From the NCBI GenBank assembly GCA_964016885.1, contig OZ024740.1:29264001-29328000 (forward strand): a stretch of 64,000 nt of DNA. Direction: 5' to 3'. Below are positions 28,201 through 44,307 of this stretch, in pieces. The stretch is from Eledone cirrhosa. Lineage: Eukaryota. The position numbers and the translations under genes were made by a program. Numbering within the stretch: the first letter of the stretch is position 1; every line of letters starts with the position of its first letter. The notes below the pieces were generated by a model. That model saw nothing but the letters and a program-made list of their open reading frames with translations. It did no database searches and was not told the origin of the DNA.

Positions 28201-31200
28201 CAAGACTATCACCAGCACCCCACTCTCAGTCTGGTGACAAACCTAAACCAGATGACCAGTGGTCAGATCAACCACAAGACTACCACCAGCACCCCTGTCT
28301 CAGTCTGGTGACAACCCTAAACCAGATGACCTGTGGTCACATCAACCACAAGACTACCACCACCACCCCTCTCTCGGTCTCGTGAAAAACCTAAACCAGA
28401 TGACCAGTGCTCACATCAACCACAAGACTACCACCAGCACCCCTCTCTCGGTCTCGTGACAAACCTAAACCAGAAGACCAATGGTCACATCAACCATAAC
28501 ACTAACACCAGCACCCCTCTCTCGGTCTGGTGACAAGCCTAAACCAGATGACCAGTGCCCACATCAACCACAAGACTACCACCAGCACCCCGCTCTCAGT
28601 CTGGTGACAAACCTAAACCACATGACCAGTGGTCACATCAACCACAAGACTACGACCAGCACCCCTCTCTCAGTCAGGTGACAAACCTAAACCAGATGAC
28701 CAATGCTCACATCGACCACAAGACTACCTCCAGCACCCCTCTCTCAGTCTGGTGACAAACCTAGACCAGATGACCAGTGGTCACATCAACCACAAGACTA
28801 CCTCCAGCACCCCTCTCTCGGTCTGGTGACTAACCTAAACCAGATGACCAGTGGTCATATCAACCTCAAGACTACCACCAGCACCCCTCTCTCGGTCTCG
28901 TGACAAAAATAAACCAGATGACCAGTGGTCACATCAACCACAAGACTACCACCAGCACACCTCTCTCTGTCTGGTGACTAACCTAAACCAGATGACCAGT
29001 GGTCATATCAACCTCAAGACTACCACCAGCACCCCTCTCTCGGTCTCGTGACAAAAATAAACCAGATGACCAGTGGTCACATCAACCACAAGACTACCAC
29101 CAGCACACCTCTCTCTGTCTGGTGACTAACCTAAACCAGATGACCAGTGGTCATATCAACCTCAAGACTACCACCAGCACCCCTCTCTCGGTCTCGTGAC
29201 AAAAATAAACCAGATGACCAGTGGTCACATCAACCACAAGACTACCACCAGCACACCTCTCTCTGTCTGGTGACTAACCTAAACCAGATGACCAGTGGTC
29301 ATATCAACCTCAAGACTACCACCAGCACCCCTCTCTCGGTCTCCTGACAAAAATAAACCAGATGACCAGTGGTCACATCAACCACATGAATACCACCACC
29401 ACCACCACTCTTTCTGTCTGGTGACAAACCTAAACCAGATGACCAGTGGTCACATCAACCCCAAGATTACCACCAGCACCCCTCTCTCAGTCTGTTGACA
29501 AACCTAAACCAGATGACCAGTGGTCATATAAACCACAAGACTACCACCAGCACCCCTCTCTCAGTCTGGTGACGAACCTAAACCAGATGACCAGTGGTCA
29601 CATCAACCACAAGACTACCACCAGCACCTCTCTCTCAGTCTCGTGACAAACCTAAACCAGATGACCTGTGGTCACATCAACCACAAGACTACCACCAGCA
29701 CCCGTTCCTCAGTCTGTTGACAAACCTAAACCAGATGACCAGTGGTCACATCAACCGCAAGACTACCACCAGCACCTCTCTCTCAGTCTGGTGACAAACC
29801 TAAGCCTGATGACCTGTGGTCACATCAACCACAAGACTACCACCAGCACCTCTCTCTCAGTCTGGTGACAAACCTAAACCAGATGACCTGTGGTCACATC
29901 AACTACAAGACTATCACCAGCACCCCTCTCTCAGTCTGGTGACAAACCTAAACCAGATGACCAGTGGTCACATCAACCACAAGACTACCACCAGCACCCC
30001 TGTCTCAGTCTGGTGACAACCCTAAACCAGATGACCTGTGGTCACATCAACCACAAGACTACCACCAGCACCCATTCCTCAGTCTGTTGACAAAACTAAA
30101 CCAGATGACCAGTGGTCACATCAACCACAAGACTACCACCAGCACCCCTGTCTCAGTCTGGTGACAAACCTAAACCAGATGACCAGTGGTCACATCAACC
30201 ACAAGACTACCACCAGCACCCCTCTCTCAGTCTGGTGACAAGCCTAAACCAGATGACAAGTGGCCACATCAACCACAAGACTACCACCAGCACCCCACTC
30301 TCAGTCTGGTGACAAGCCTAAACCAGATGACAAGTGGCCACATCAACCACAAGACTACCACCAGCACCCCACTCTCAGTCTGGTGACAAGCCTAAACCAG
30401 ATGACAAGTGGCCACATCAACCACAAGACTACCACCAGCACCCCTCTCTCAGTCTGGTGACAAGCCTAAACCAGATGACAAGTGGCCACATCAACCACAA
30501 GACTACCACCAGCACCCCACTCTCAGTCTGGTGACAAGCCTAAACCAGATGACAAGTGGCCACATCAACCACAAGACTACCACCAGCACCCCACTCTCAG
30601 TCTGGTGACAAGCCTAAACCAGATGACAAGTGGCCACATCAACCACAAGACTACCACCAGCACCCCACTCTCAGTCTGGTGACAAGCCTAAACCAGATGA
30701 CAAGTGGCCACATCAACCACAAGACTACCACCAGCACCCCACTCTCAGTCTGGTGACAAGCCTAAACCAGATGACAAGTGGCCACATCAACCACAAGACT
30801 ACCACCAGCACCCCTCTCTCAGTCTGGTGACAAGCCTAAACCAGATGACAAGTGGCCACATCAACCACAAGACTACCACCAGCACCCCTCTCTCAGTCTG
30901 GTGACGAACCTAAACCAGATTACCAGTTGTCACATCAACCACAAGACTACCACCAGCACCCCTGTCTCAGTCTGGTGACAAACCTAAACCAGATGACCAG
31001 TGGTCACATCAACCACAAGACTACCACCAGCACCCCTGTCTCAGTCTGGTGACAAACCTAAACCAGATGACCAGTGGTCACATCAACCACAAGACTACCA
31101 CCAGCACCCCTGTCTCAGTCTGGTGACAAACCTAAACCAGATGACCAGTGGTCACATCAACCACAAGACTACCACCAGCACCCCTGTCTCAGTCTGGTGA

Positions 31201-34200
31201 CGAACCTAAACCAGATGACCAGTGGTCACATCAACCACAAGACTACCACCAGCACCCCTGTCTCAGTCTGGTGACAAACCTAAACCAGATGACCAGTGGT
31301 CACATCAACCACAAGACTACCACCAGCACCCCTGTCTCAGTCTGGTGACAAACCTAAACCAGATGACCAGTGGTCACATCAACCACAAGACTACCACCAG
31401 CACCCCTGTCTCAGTCTGGTGACAAACCTAAACCAGATGACAAGTGGCCACATCAACCACAAGACTACCAACAGCACCCCTCTCTCAGTCTGGTGACGAA
31501 CCTAAACCAGATGACCAGTGGTCACATCAACCACAAGACTACCACCAGCACCCCTGTCTCAGTCTGGTGACAAACCTAAACCAGATGACCAGTGGTCACA
31601 TCAACCACAAGACTACCACCACCACCCCTCTCTCAGTCTAGTGACAAGCCTAAATCAGATGAGCAGTGGTCACATCAACCACAAGACTACCACCAGCACC
31701 CCTCCCTCAGTCTGGTGACAAACCTAAACCAGATGACCAGTGGTCACATCAACCACAAGACTACCACCAGCACCCCTCTCTCAGTCTGGTGACAAGCCTA
31801 AACCAGATGACAAGTGGTCACATCAACCACAAGACTACCACCACCACCCCTCTCTCAGTCTAGTGACAAGCCTAAATCAGATGAGCAGTGGTCACATCAA
31901 CCACAAGACTACCACCAGCACCCCTCTCTCAGTCTGGTGACAAGCCTAAACCAGATGAGCAGTGGTCATATCAACCACAAGACTACCACCAGCACCCCAC
32001 TCTCAGTCTGGTGACAAGCCTAAACCAGATTACCAGTTGTCACATCAACCACAAGATTACCACCAGCACCCCTCTCTCAGTCTGGTGACAAGCCTAAACC
32101 AGATGACCAGTGGTCATATCAACCACAAGACTACCACCAGCACCCCACTCTCAGTCTGGTGACAAGCCTAAACCAGATTACCAGTTGTCACATCAACCAC
32201 AAGATTACCATCAGCACCCCTCCCTCAGTCTGGTGACAAGCCTAAACCAGATTACCAGTTGTCACATCAACCACAAGACTACCACCAGCACCCCTCTCTC
32301 AGTCTGGTGACAAGCCTAAACCAGATTACCAGTTGTCACATCAACCACAAGACTACCACCAGCACCCCTCCCTCAGTCTGGTGACAAGCCTAAACCAGAT
32401 TACCAGTGGTCATATCAACCCCAAGACTACCACCAGCACCCCTGTCTCAGTCTGGTGACAAATCTAAACCAGATTACCAGTTGTCACATCAACCACAAGA
32501 CTACCACCAGCACCGCTCTCTCAGTCTCGTTACAAGCCTAAACCATATGACCAGTTGTCACATCAACCACAAGACTACCACCAGCAACCCTCTCTTAGTC
32601 TGGTGACAAGCCTAAACCAGATGAGCAGTGGTCATATCAACCACAAGACTACCACCAACACCCCACTCTCAGTCTAGTGACAAGCTTAAACCAGATGACC
32701 AGTTGTCACATCAACCACAAGACTACCACCAGCACCCCTGTCTCAGTCTGGTGACAAGCCTAAACCAGATGACCAGTTGTCACATCAACCACAAGACTAC
32801 CACCAGCACCTCTGTCTCAGTCTGGTGACAAGCCTAAACCAGATGACCAGTTGTCACATCAACCACAAGACTACCACCAGCACCCCTGTCTCAGTCTGGT
32901 GACAAGCCTAAACCAGATGACCAGTTGTCACATCAACCACAAGACTACCACCAGCACCCCTGTCTCAGTCTGGTGACAAGCCTAAACCAGATGACCAGTA
33001 GTCACATCAACCACAAGACTACCACCAGCACACCTCTCTCAGTCTTGTGACAAGCCTAAACCAGATGACCAGTTGTCACATCAACCACAAGACTACCACC
33101 AGCACCCCTGTCTCAGTCTGGTGACAAGCCTAAACCAGATGACCAGTTGTCACATCAACCACAAGACTACCACCAGCACACCTCCCTCAGCCTGGTGACA
33201 AGCCTAAACCAGATGACCAGTTGTCACATCAACCACAAGACTACCACCAGCACACCTCCCTCAGCCTGGTGACAAGCCTAAACCAGATGACCAGTTGTCA
33301 CATCAACCACAAGACTACCATCAAGCACCCCTTTCTTAGTCTGGTGACAAACCTAAGCCAGATGACCAGTGGTCATATCAACCACAAGACTACCACCACC
33401 ACCCCACTCTCAGTCTGGTGACAAGCCTAAACCAGATGACCAGTGGTCACATCAACCACAAGACTACCACCAGCACCCCTCTCTCAGTCTGGTGACAAAC
33501 CTAAACCAGATGACCAGTGGTCATATAAACCACAAGACTACCACCAGCACCCCTCTCTCAGTCTGGTGACAAACCTAAAGCAGATGACCAGTGGTCACAT
33601 CAACCACAAGACTACCACCAGCACCCCTGTCTCAGTCTGGTGACAAGCCTAAACCAGATGACCAGTTGTCACATCAACCACAAGACTACCACCAGCACAC
33701 CTCCCTCAGCCTGGTGACAAGCCTAAACCAGATGACCAGTTGTCACATCAACCACAAGACTACCACCAGCACACCTCCCTCAGCCTGGTGACAAGCCTAA
33801 ACCAGATGACCAGTTGTCACATCAACCACAAGACTACCATCAAGCACCCCTTTCTTAGTCTGGTGACAAACCTAAGCCAGATGACCAGTGGTCATATCAA
33901 CCACAAGACTACCACCACCACCCCACTCTCAGTCTGGTGACAAGCCTAAACCAGATGACCAGTGGTCACATCAACCACAAGACTACCACCAGCACCCCTC
34001 TCTCAGTCTGGTGACAAACCTAAACCAGATGACCAGTGGTCATATAAACCACAAGACTACCACCAGCACCCCTCTCTCAGTCTGGTGACAAACCTAAAGC
34101 AGATGACCAGTGGTCACATCAACCACAAGACTACCACCAGCACCCCTCTCTCAGTCTGGTGACAAACCTAAACCAGATGACCAGTGGTCATATGAACCAC

Positions 34201-37200
34201 AAGACTACCACCAGCACCCCTCTCTCAGTCTGGTGACGAACCTAAACCAGATGACCAGTGGTCACATCAACCACAAGGCTACCAACAGCACACCTGTCTC
34301 AGTCTGGTGACAAACCTAAACCAGATGACCAGTGGTCACATCAACCACAAGACTACCACCAGCACCTCTCTCTCAGTCTCATGACACACCTAAACCAGAT
34401 GACCTGTGGTCACATCAACCACAAGACTACCACCAGCACCCATTCCTCAGTCTGTTGACAAACCTAAACCAGATGACCTGTGGTCACATCAACCACAAGA
34501 CTACCACCAGCACCCCTCTCTCAGTCTGGTGACAAACCTAAACCAGATGACCTGTGGTCACATCAACTAAAAAACTATCACCAGCACGCCTCTCTCAGTC
34601 TGGTGACAAACCTAAACCAGATGACCAGTGGTCACATGAACCACAAGACTACCACCAGCACCCCTGTCTCAGTCTGGTGACAACCCTAAACCAGATGACC
34701 TGTGGTCACATCAACCACAAGACTACCACCAGCACCCATTCCTCAGTCTGTTGACAAACCTAAACCAGATGACCAGTGGTCACATCAACCACAAGACTAC
34801 CAACAGCACCCCTGTCTCAGTCTGGTGACAAACCTAAACCAGATGACCAGTGGTCACATCAACCACAAGACTACCACCAGCACCCCTGTTTCAGTCTGGT
34901 GACAAGCCTAAACCAGATGACCAGTTGTCACATCAACCACAAGACTACCACCAGCACCTCTGTCTCAGTCTGGTGACAAGCCTAAACCAGATGACCAGTT
35001 GTCACATAAACCACAAGACTACCACCAGCACCTCTGTCTCAGTCTGGTGACAAGCCTAAACCAGATGACCAGTTGTCACATCAACCACAAGACTACCATC
35101 AGCACCTCTGTCTCAGTCTGGTGACAAGCCTAAACCAGATGACCAGTTGTCACATCAACCACAAGACTACCACCAGCACCCCTGTCTCAGTCTGGTGACA
35201 AGCCTAAACCAGATGACCAGTTGTCACATCAACCACAAGACTACCACCAGCACACCTCTCTCAGTCTGGTGACAAGCCTAAACCAGATGACCAGTTGTCA
35301 CATCAACCACAAGACTACCACCAGCACCCCTGTCTCAGTCTGGTGACAAGCCTAAACCAGATGACTAGTTGTCACATCAGCCACAAGACTACCACCAGCA
35401 CACCTCTCTCAGTCTGGTGACAAGCCTAAACCAGATGACCAGTTGTCACATCAACCACAATACTACCACCAGCACCCCTGTCTCAGTCTGGTGACAAGCC
35501 TAAACCAGATGACCAGTTGTCACATCAACCACAAGACTACCACCAGCACACCTCTCTCAGTCTGGTGACAAGCCTAAACCAGATGACCAGTTGTCACATC
35601 AACCACAAGACTACCATCAAGCACCGCTTTCTTAGTCTGGTGACAAACCTAAGCCAGATGACCAGTGGTCACATCAGCCACAAAACTACCACCAGCACCC
35701 CTCTCTCAGTCTGGTGACAAGCCTAAACCAGATGACCAGTGGTCATATCAAACCACAAGACTACCACCACCACCCCACTCTCAGTCTGGTGACAAGCCTA
35801 AACCAGATGACCAGTTGTCACATCAACCACAAGACTACCACCAGCACCCCTGTCTCAGTCTGGTGACAAGCCTAAACCAGATGACCAGTTGTCACATCAA
35901 CCACAAGACTACCACCAGCACACCTCTCTCAGTCTGGTGACAAGCCTAAACCAGATGACCAGTTGTCACATCAACCACAAGACTACCACCAGCACCCCTG
36001 TCTCAGTCTGGTGACAAGCCTAAACCAGATGACTAGTTGTCACATCAGCCACAAGACTACCACCAGCACACCTCTCTCAGTCTGGTGACAAGCCTAAACC
36101 AGATGACCAGTTGTCACATCAACCACAATACTACCACCAGCACCCCTGTCTCAGTCTGGTGACAAGCCTAAACCAGATGACCAGTTGTCACATCAACCAC
36201 AAGACTACCACCAGCACACCTCTCTCAGTCTGGTGACAAGCCTAAACCAGATGACCAGTTGTCACATCAACCACAATACTACCACCAGCACCCCTGTCTC
36301 AGTCTGGTGACAAGCCTAAACCAGATGACCAGTTGTCACATCAACCACAAGACTACCACCAGCACACCTCTCTCAGTCTGGTGACAAACCTAAGCCAGAT
36401 GACCAGTGGTCACATCAGCCACAAAACTACCACCAGCACCCCTCTCTCAGTCTGGTGACAAGCCTAAACCAGATGACCAGTGGTCATATCAAACCACAAG
36501 ACTACCACCACCACCCCACTCTCAGTCTGGTGACAAGCCTAAACCAGATGACCAGTGGTCACATCAACCACAAGACTACCACAAGCACCCCACTCTCAGT
36601 CTGGTGACAAACCTAAGCCAGATGACAAGTAGTCACATCAACCACAAAACTACCAACAGCACCCCTCTCTCAGTCTGGTGACAAGCCTAAACCAGATGAC
36701 CAGTGGTCATATCAAACCACAAGACTACCACCACCACCCCACTCTCAGTCTGGTGACAAGCCTAAACCAGATGACCAGTGGTCACATCAACCACAAGACT
36801 ACCACAAGCACCCCACTCTCAGTCTGGTGACAAACCTAAGCCAGATGACAAGTAGTCACATCAACCACAAAACTACCAACAGCACCCCTCTCTCAGTCTG
36901 GTGACAAGCCTAAACCAGTTGACCAGTGGTCATATCAACCACAAGACTACCACCACCACCCCACTCTCAGTCTGGTGACAAGCCTAAACCAGATGACCAG
37001 TGGTCACATCAACCACAAGACTACCACCAGCACCCCTCTCTCAGTCTGGTGACAAACCTAAACCAGATGACCAGTGGTCACATCAACCACAAGACTACCA
37101 CCAGCACCCCTCTCTCAGTCTGGTGACAAACCTAAACCAGATGACCAGTGGTCACATCAACCACAAGACTACCACCAGCACACCTCTCTCAGTCTGGTGA

Positions 37201-38938
37201 CAAACCTAAACCAGATGACCAGTGGTCAGATCAACCACAAGACTACCACCAGCACCCCTCTCTCAGTCTGGTGACAACCCTAAACCAGATGACCTGTGGT
37301 CACATCAACCACAAGACTACCAACAGCACCCCTGTCTCAGTCTGGTGACAAACCTAAACCAAATGACCAGTGGTCACATCAACCACAAGACTACCACCAG
37401 CACCCCTCTCTCAGTCTGGTGACAAGCCTAAACCAGATGAGCAGTGGTCATATCAACCACAAGACTACCACCACCACCCCTCTCTCAGTCTGGTGACAAG
37501 CCTAAACCAGATTACCAGTTGTCACATCAACCACAAGACTACCACCAGCACCCCTCTCTCAGTCTGGTGACAAGCCTAAACCAGATTATCAGTTGTCACA
37601 TCAACCACAAGACTACCACCAGCACCCCTCTCTCAGTCTGGTGACAAGCCTAAACCAGATTATCAGTTGTCACATCAACCACAAGACTACCACCAGCACC
37701 CCACTCTCAATCTGGTGACAAGCCTAAACCAGATGACCAGTTGTCACATCAACCACAAGACTACCACCAGCACCCCTGTCTCAGTCTGGTGACAAGCCTA
37801 AACCAGATGACCAGTTGTCACATCAACCACAAGTCTACCACCAGCACCTCTGTCTCAGTCTGGTGACAAGCCTAAACCAGATGACCAGTTGTCACATAAA
37901 CCACAAGACTACCACCAGCACCCCTGTCTCAGTCTGGTGACAAGCCTAAACCAGATGACCAGTTGTCACATCAACCACAAGACTACCACCAGCACCCCTG
38001 TCTCAGTCTGGTGACAAGCCTAAACCAGATGACCAGTTGTCACATCAACCACAAGACTACCACCAGCACACCTCTCTCAGTCTGGTGACAAGCCTAAACC
38101 AGATGACCAGTTGTCACATCAACCACAAGACTACCACCAGCACCCCTGTCTCAGTCTGGTGACAAGCCTAAACCAGATGACCAGTTGTCACATCAACCAC
38201 AAGACTACCACCAGCACACCTCTCTCAGTCTGGTGACAAGCCTAAACCAGATGACCAGTTGTCACATCAACCACAATACTACCACCAGCACCCCTGTCTC
38301 AGTCTGGTGACAAGCCTAAACCAGATGACCAGTTGTCACATCAACCACAAGACTACCACCAGCACACCTCTCTCAGTCTGGTGACAAGCCTAAACCAGAT
38401 GACCAGTTGTCACATCAACCACAAGACTACCATCAAGCACCGCTTTCTTAGTCTGGTGACAAACCTAAGCCAGATGACCAGTGGTCACATCAGCCACAAA
38501 ACTGCCACCAGCACCCCTCTCTCAGTCTGGTGACAAGCTTAAACCAGATGACCAGTGGTCATATCAAACCACAAGACTACCACCACCACCCCACTCTCAG
38601 TCTGGTGACAAGCCTAAACTAGATGACCAGTGGTCACATCAACCACAAGACTACCACCAGCACCCCCCTCTCAGTCTGGTGACAAACCTAAACAAGATGA
38701 CCAGTGGTCACATCAACCACAAGACTACCACCAGCACACCTCTCAGTCTGGTGACAAACCTAAACCAGATGACCAGTGGTCACATCAACCACAAGACTAC
38801 CACCAGCACACCTCTCTCAGTCTGGTGACAAACCTAAACCAGATGACCAGTTGTCACATCAACCACAAGACTACCACCACCACCCCTCTCTCAGTCTGGT
38901 GACAAAGCTAAGCCAGATGACCAGTGGTCACATCAACC
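16225..38938. repeat. Tandem satellite, 74-bp monomer, roughly 305 copies
   Basis: Consensus GTCTGGTGACAAACCTAAACCAGATGACCAGTGGTCACATCAACCACAAGACTACCACCAGCACCCCTCTCTCA; ORF-track starts recur every 74 nt. Confidence 0.98.
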
Positions 38939-40139
38939 GCAGGTTTTATTTCAAAGTTTCTGTCTTTTAGAAAGATTCTGTATCAACAACTCAGGGTCCT
39001 TCACTTCCAGTGGATTATCTTTTTACCCATATGTGGCCACCACCCTTGAAATGAGTTGCAATGGTTCGATGATTTTTTCATAAAAGTAAACCAGGGACTC
39101 GATTCCATTTGAAAGTTAAATTTTTTAAAATAGATTTCAAAAGGTTTTTAAAGTTTTAAAAGGGTTTAAAATATTTAAAAGTTTTAAAAGTGTTTAAAAG
39201 GATATTTTCTTTTTTTTAAATGTTAAAATGTTTTTAACATACATACATACTATCTATCTATGAGGCATGATGTAGTGACCAAAACACTGTACAATGCAAT
39301 CCTAGAACAGATAGCCCCGACAATAAACATATCCAAAGTTACAGCAATGTGGAATACACAAACTTTTAACGTTACTTTTAAATCTCTAATATTCTGTTGA
39401 TTTATTATATTTGTTTACTTGTTATTTCATCTTGCTTAGCTCAAGTAAACTCGTTATGTCGTTGTCTATTATGGAGTAATTAGATAGATTGCGTTGAATT
39501 TCGGTTCATATGTGAACATGTTCTTCGTATTCCATTTCTATCACCTTACTGTTATCCTCTTTCTCTCGTCCCCTTCTCTCTCCTTGTACCTCTTGCTTTC
39601 ATTCACCCCCTCTGCTGGTCTCACACTCTCTCGGCTGGCCTCTTCCTCACACTTTCACTCACTTTCTGCCACTCCCCCTCTCTCACTTCCTCCCGTCTGA
39701 CCTGTGTGAAATCCTTTTCTCTCTCACTTCTCGCGTGGTTCGGATGTGTCTGCCTCTTCTCGTCGATTGATTTCTTCGCACTTAAGTTCACATGTATCAT
39801 TGACTTGTCTCTCTTTTCATCTCTTTACGTTGATTACTATGTTGTTTGTTTACTGTCCCTCTTTCTCCATCCAATTCACTCTGTCCCAATAACTTATTTT
39901 AGTTATTGCTCGCACTGATTTTGAGGTATCTGGTTTTTAATGCGAAGAAATACCGATGATAGTCAGAAGATCACTGATGATGGACATCCTGTTTCTCGGT
40001 CTATTTTCATTCATATATATATATATAAATATATATATAAAATAAAGTTAGATAAAAAGTCAAATGTTTAAAATTTAGCTTCGTTTATTACTGCTATATA
40101 TAATTCAGTGACAGCCATCTTTGGCTGTGACCTCTTCAG

Positions 40140-40171
40140 ATTTATATATATATATATATGAATATATATTC

Positions 40172-40260
<89 letters not shown>

Positions 40261-40274
40261 TATATATATATATA

Positions 40275-40328
<54 letters not shown>

Positions 40329-40346
40329 CATATATATATATATATG

Positions 40347-40432
<86 letters not shown>

Positions 40433-40520
40433 TATATATATATATATATATATACCACGTGCACTTTTCAAAACCTATTTCTTTTATTCGTTTTTCTTAT
40501 ATATATATATATATATATAT
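40140..40520. repeat. (TA)n-rich microsatellite tract
   Basis: Directly visible. Confidence 0.9.
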
Positions 40521-40687
40521 ATAACGAAGGAAGAGTGGTAAGGAACCAGATGGACCATAACGCACCAGAGTACTCAATACTTAGGGCAGTAGAGTGGGTA
40601 ATAGGAAAATGTTTGACCCCGACGGCTAGTCCAGCAATAGCCGTAGAAACGGCTTGAGCTCTGCCGTCGGGGTCAAACATTTTCCTA
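40521..40687 (-). mobile_element. Family C short fold-back element
   Basis: Tail ATAACGAAGGAAG..GAGTGGGTAA plus palindrome TAGGAAAATGTTTGACCCCGACGGC..GCCGTCGGGGTCAAACATTTTCCTA, inside (TA)n; six copies in the window. Confidence 0.75.
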
Positions 40688-40706
40688 TATATATATATAT
40701 ATATAT

Positions 40707-42723
<2,017 letters not shown>

Positions 42724-42733
42724 CATATATATA

Positions 42734-42929
42734 TAGGAAAATGTTAGACATCTGACGGCAGAGCTCAAGCCGTTTCGACATCTATTTCTGGACTCCAGAA
42801 ATAGCCGTCGAAACGGCTTGAGCTCTACCGTCGGAGTCTAACATTTTCCTATTACCCACTCTACTATCCTAAGTATTGAGTACTCTGGTGCGTTATGGTC
42901 AATCTGGTTCTTTACCACACCTCCTTCGT
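42734..42929 (+). mobile_element. Family C short fold-back element
   Basis: Same palindrome and tail; abuts the left TIR of the DD37D transposon. Confidence 0.75.
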
Positions 42930-44224
42930 GGGGCATAAAAACTGTTACAAAATAAAATGCAAATAGTTCTTGAAAAAAAAATTTATTTCAAGATCTGACT
43001 TTAACAAATAGTAAGTACTGTAATATATTATTAAACAACTGCACAAAAATTCATTCGAAATGCTTTCCTCTGGCTCTCACTACTGCTCGAAGTCTTCTAG
43101 GAAAGTCTTCGATAGCTGCACGAATAGTTTCCATGGGTATTTTCTCCCATACTTTATTCAGTTTTGATTTTAGAGTTTCAATACTTTGGCTAGGAGTAGA
43201 GCAAGCTTCACTCTCAAGAATTGACCATAAAGAAATACCGAGAGAGTTGAGATCTCGTAATGTGGGAGGCCACTTTTCCTTACTGATCCATGCAGGACAA
43301 TGGTCTCTACACCACTGTTGTGTTACGCGAGCAGTGTGGCTCGTCGCTCCATCTTGTTGGAGAGTCCAAATGTCATCGCCATAAACAGATGTGCACCATG
43401 GCATCAGTGCTCCTTCCAAAATATCGTTTATGTAAAGTTCTTTGTTAATTTTAACTCCTTGAGGTACAAAAATCAGAGGAGACTTCCCTCTTTCAGAAAT
43501 GGCTGCCCAAACCATCACTGATGCTGGTTTCTGTGTCTGAACACTTTTCCTACACTTGAAGGAATTGATTTGAGACTTTTTGCAAGTACTCGATCATTTT
43601 GATGATTGTGAGACTGCTACACAGTGAATAAATTCTCATCTGTAAAGATGATGTTTTGCAGCGTGCCATCCTTGATACGGTTCAATAACAGTTTACTTCT
43701 GGATAATCTCTTTTCAATTGTGGCTGCAGAAAGAAGCTGCCTCTTTTGGAACTTAAAGGGTGGCATCCCCAGATCATCTCGACATATCCTCCGCATAGTT
43801 CTCGGCGATGTTTCTGCTTCTTCTGCCATTTTTCTCATGGAACTTCTTGGATTACGCCTTATTTTTTCCCTCACATTTTTAACGAGTTTTGGTGTTCTTG
43901 AGGTGCGAGGGCGTCCGGGTCGAGGTCTGTCTTTGGTCGAGGGAGTTTCCTTAAATCGATCGATTGTCCTTTTGATCAACATTCTATTGATCTTAAGAAT
44001 TTTCCCCAGTTTAAATGTCTTGGGTGGAGTCAGGCCTTTTTCATGCTTCTCTATTATGAATTTCTTTTCAATTCTATGGACATTGCAAATTGTTAATGGA
44101 GTAATGTTCTGAAAAATAGTTAATATGGTTATAGTGCATGGATTTGATACACATATATTAGTTATATTAGCAACATAATGTATTTTTAAATTGATTTAAA
44201 ACTTTGCAACAGGAATTATGCCCC

Positions 44225-44229
<5 letters not shown>
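42928..44229 (-). mobile_element. Tc1/mariner DNA transposon, DD37D (maT-like), decayed
   Basis: Imperfect TIRs GTGGGGCATAA..CTGTT.CAAA; RPGRPRT, IFTDE, MVWAAIS, QQDGATSH. 37 residues separate the second D from the third catalytic position, which is mutated to G in WPPTLRDLNSLG. Confidence 0.85.

Positions 44230-44307
<78 letters not shown>

Noticed and set aside
16225-38938. Hundreds of 66-aa ORFs; possible CRISPR array or tRNA array
   Set aside because: A 74-bp unit shifts frame and hits the same TGA every third unit. There are no unique spacers, no cas genes, no A/B boxes and no cloverleaf.
38940-39500. Possible host exon after the satellite (TTTTAG at ~38970)
   Set aside because: No convincing frame, donor site or protein similarity
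39960-40140. CTGATGA at ~39974 and minus-strand CTGAAGA hairpin at ~40100-40140 as ribozymes
   Set aside because: The first has no GAAA half, and the second has GAAT with no clear stem III; at most decayed remnants
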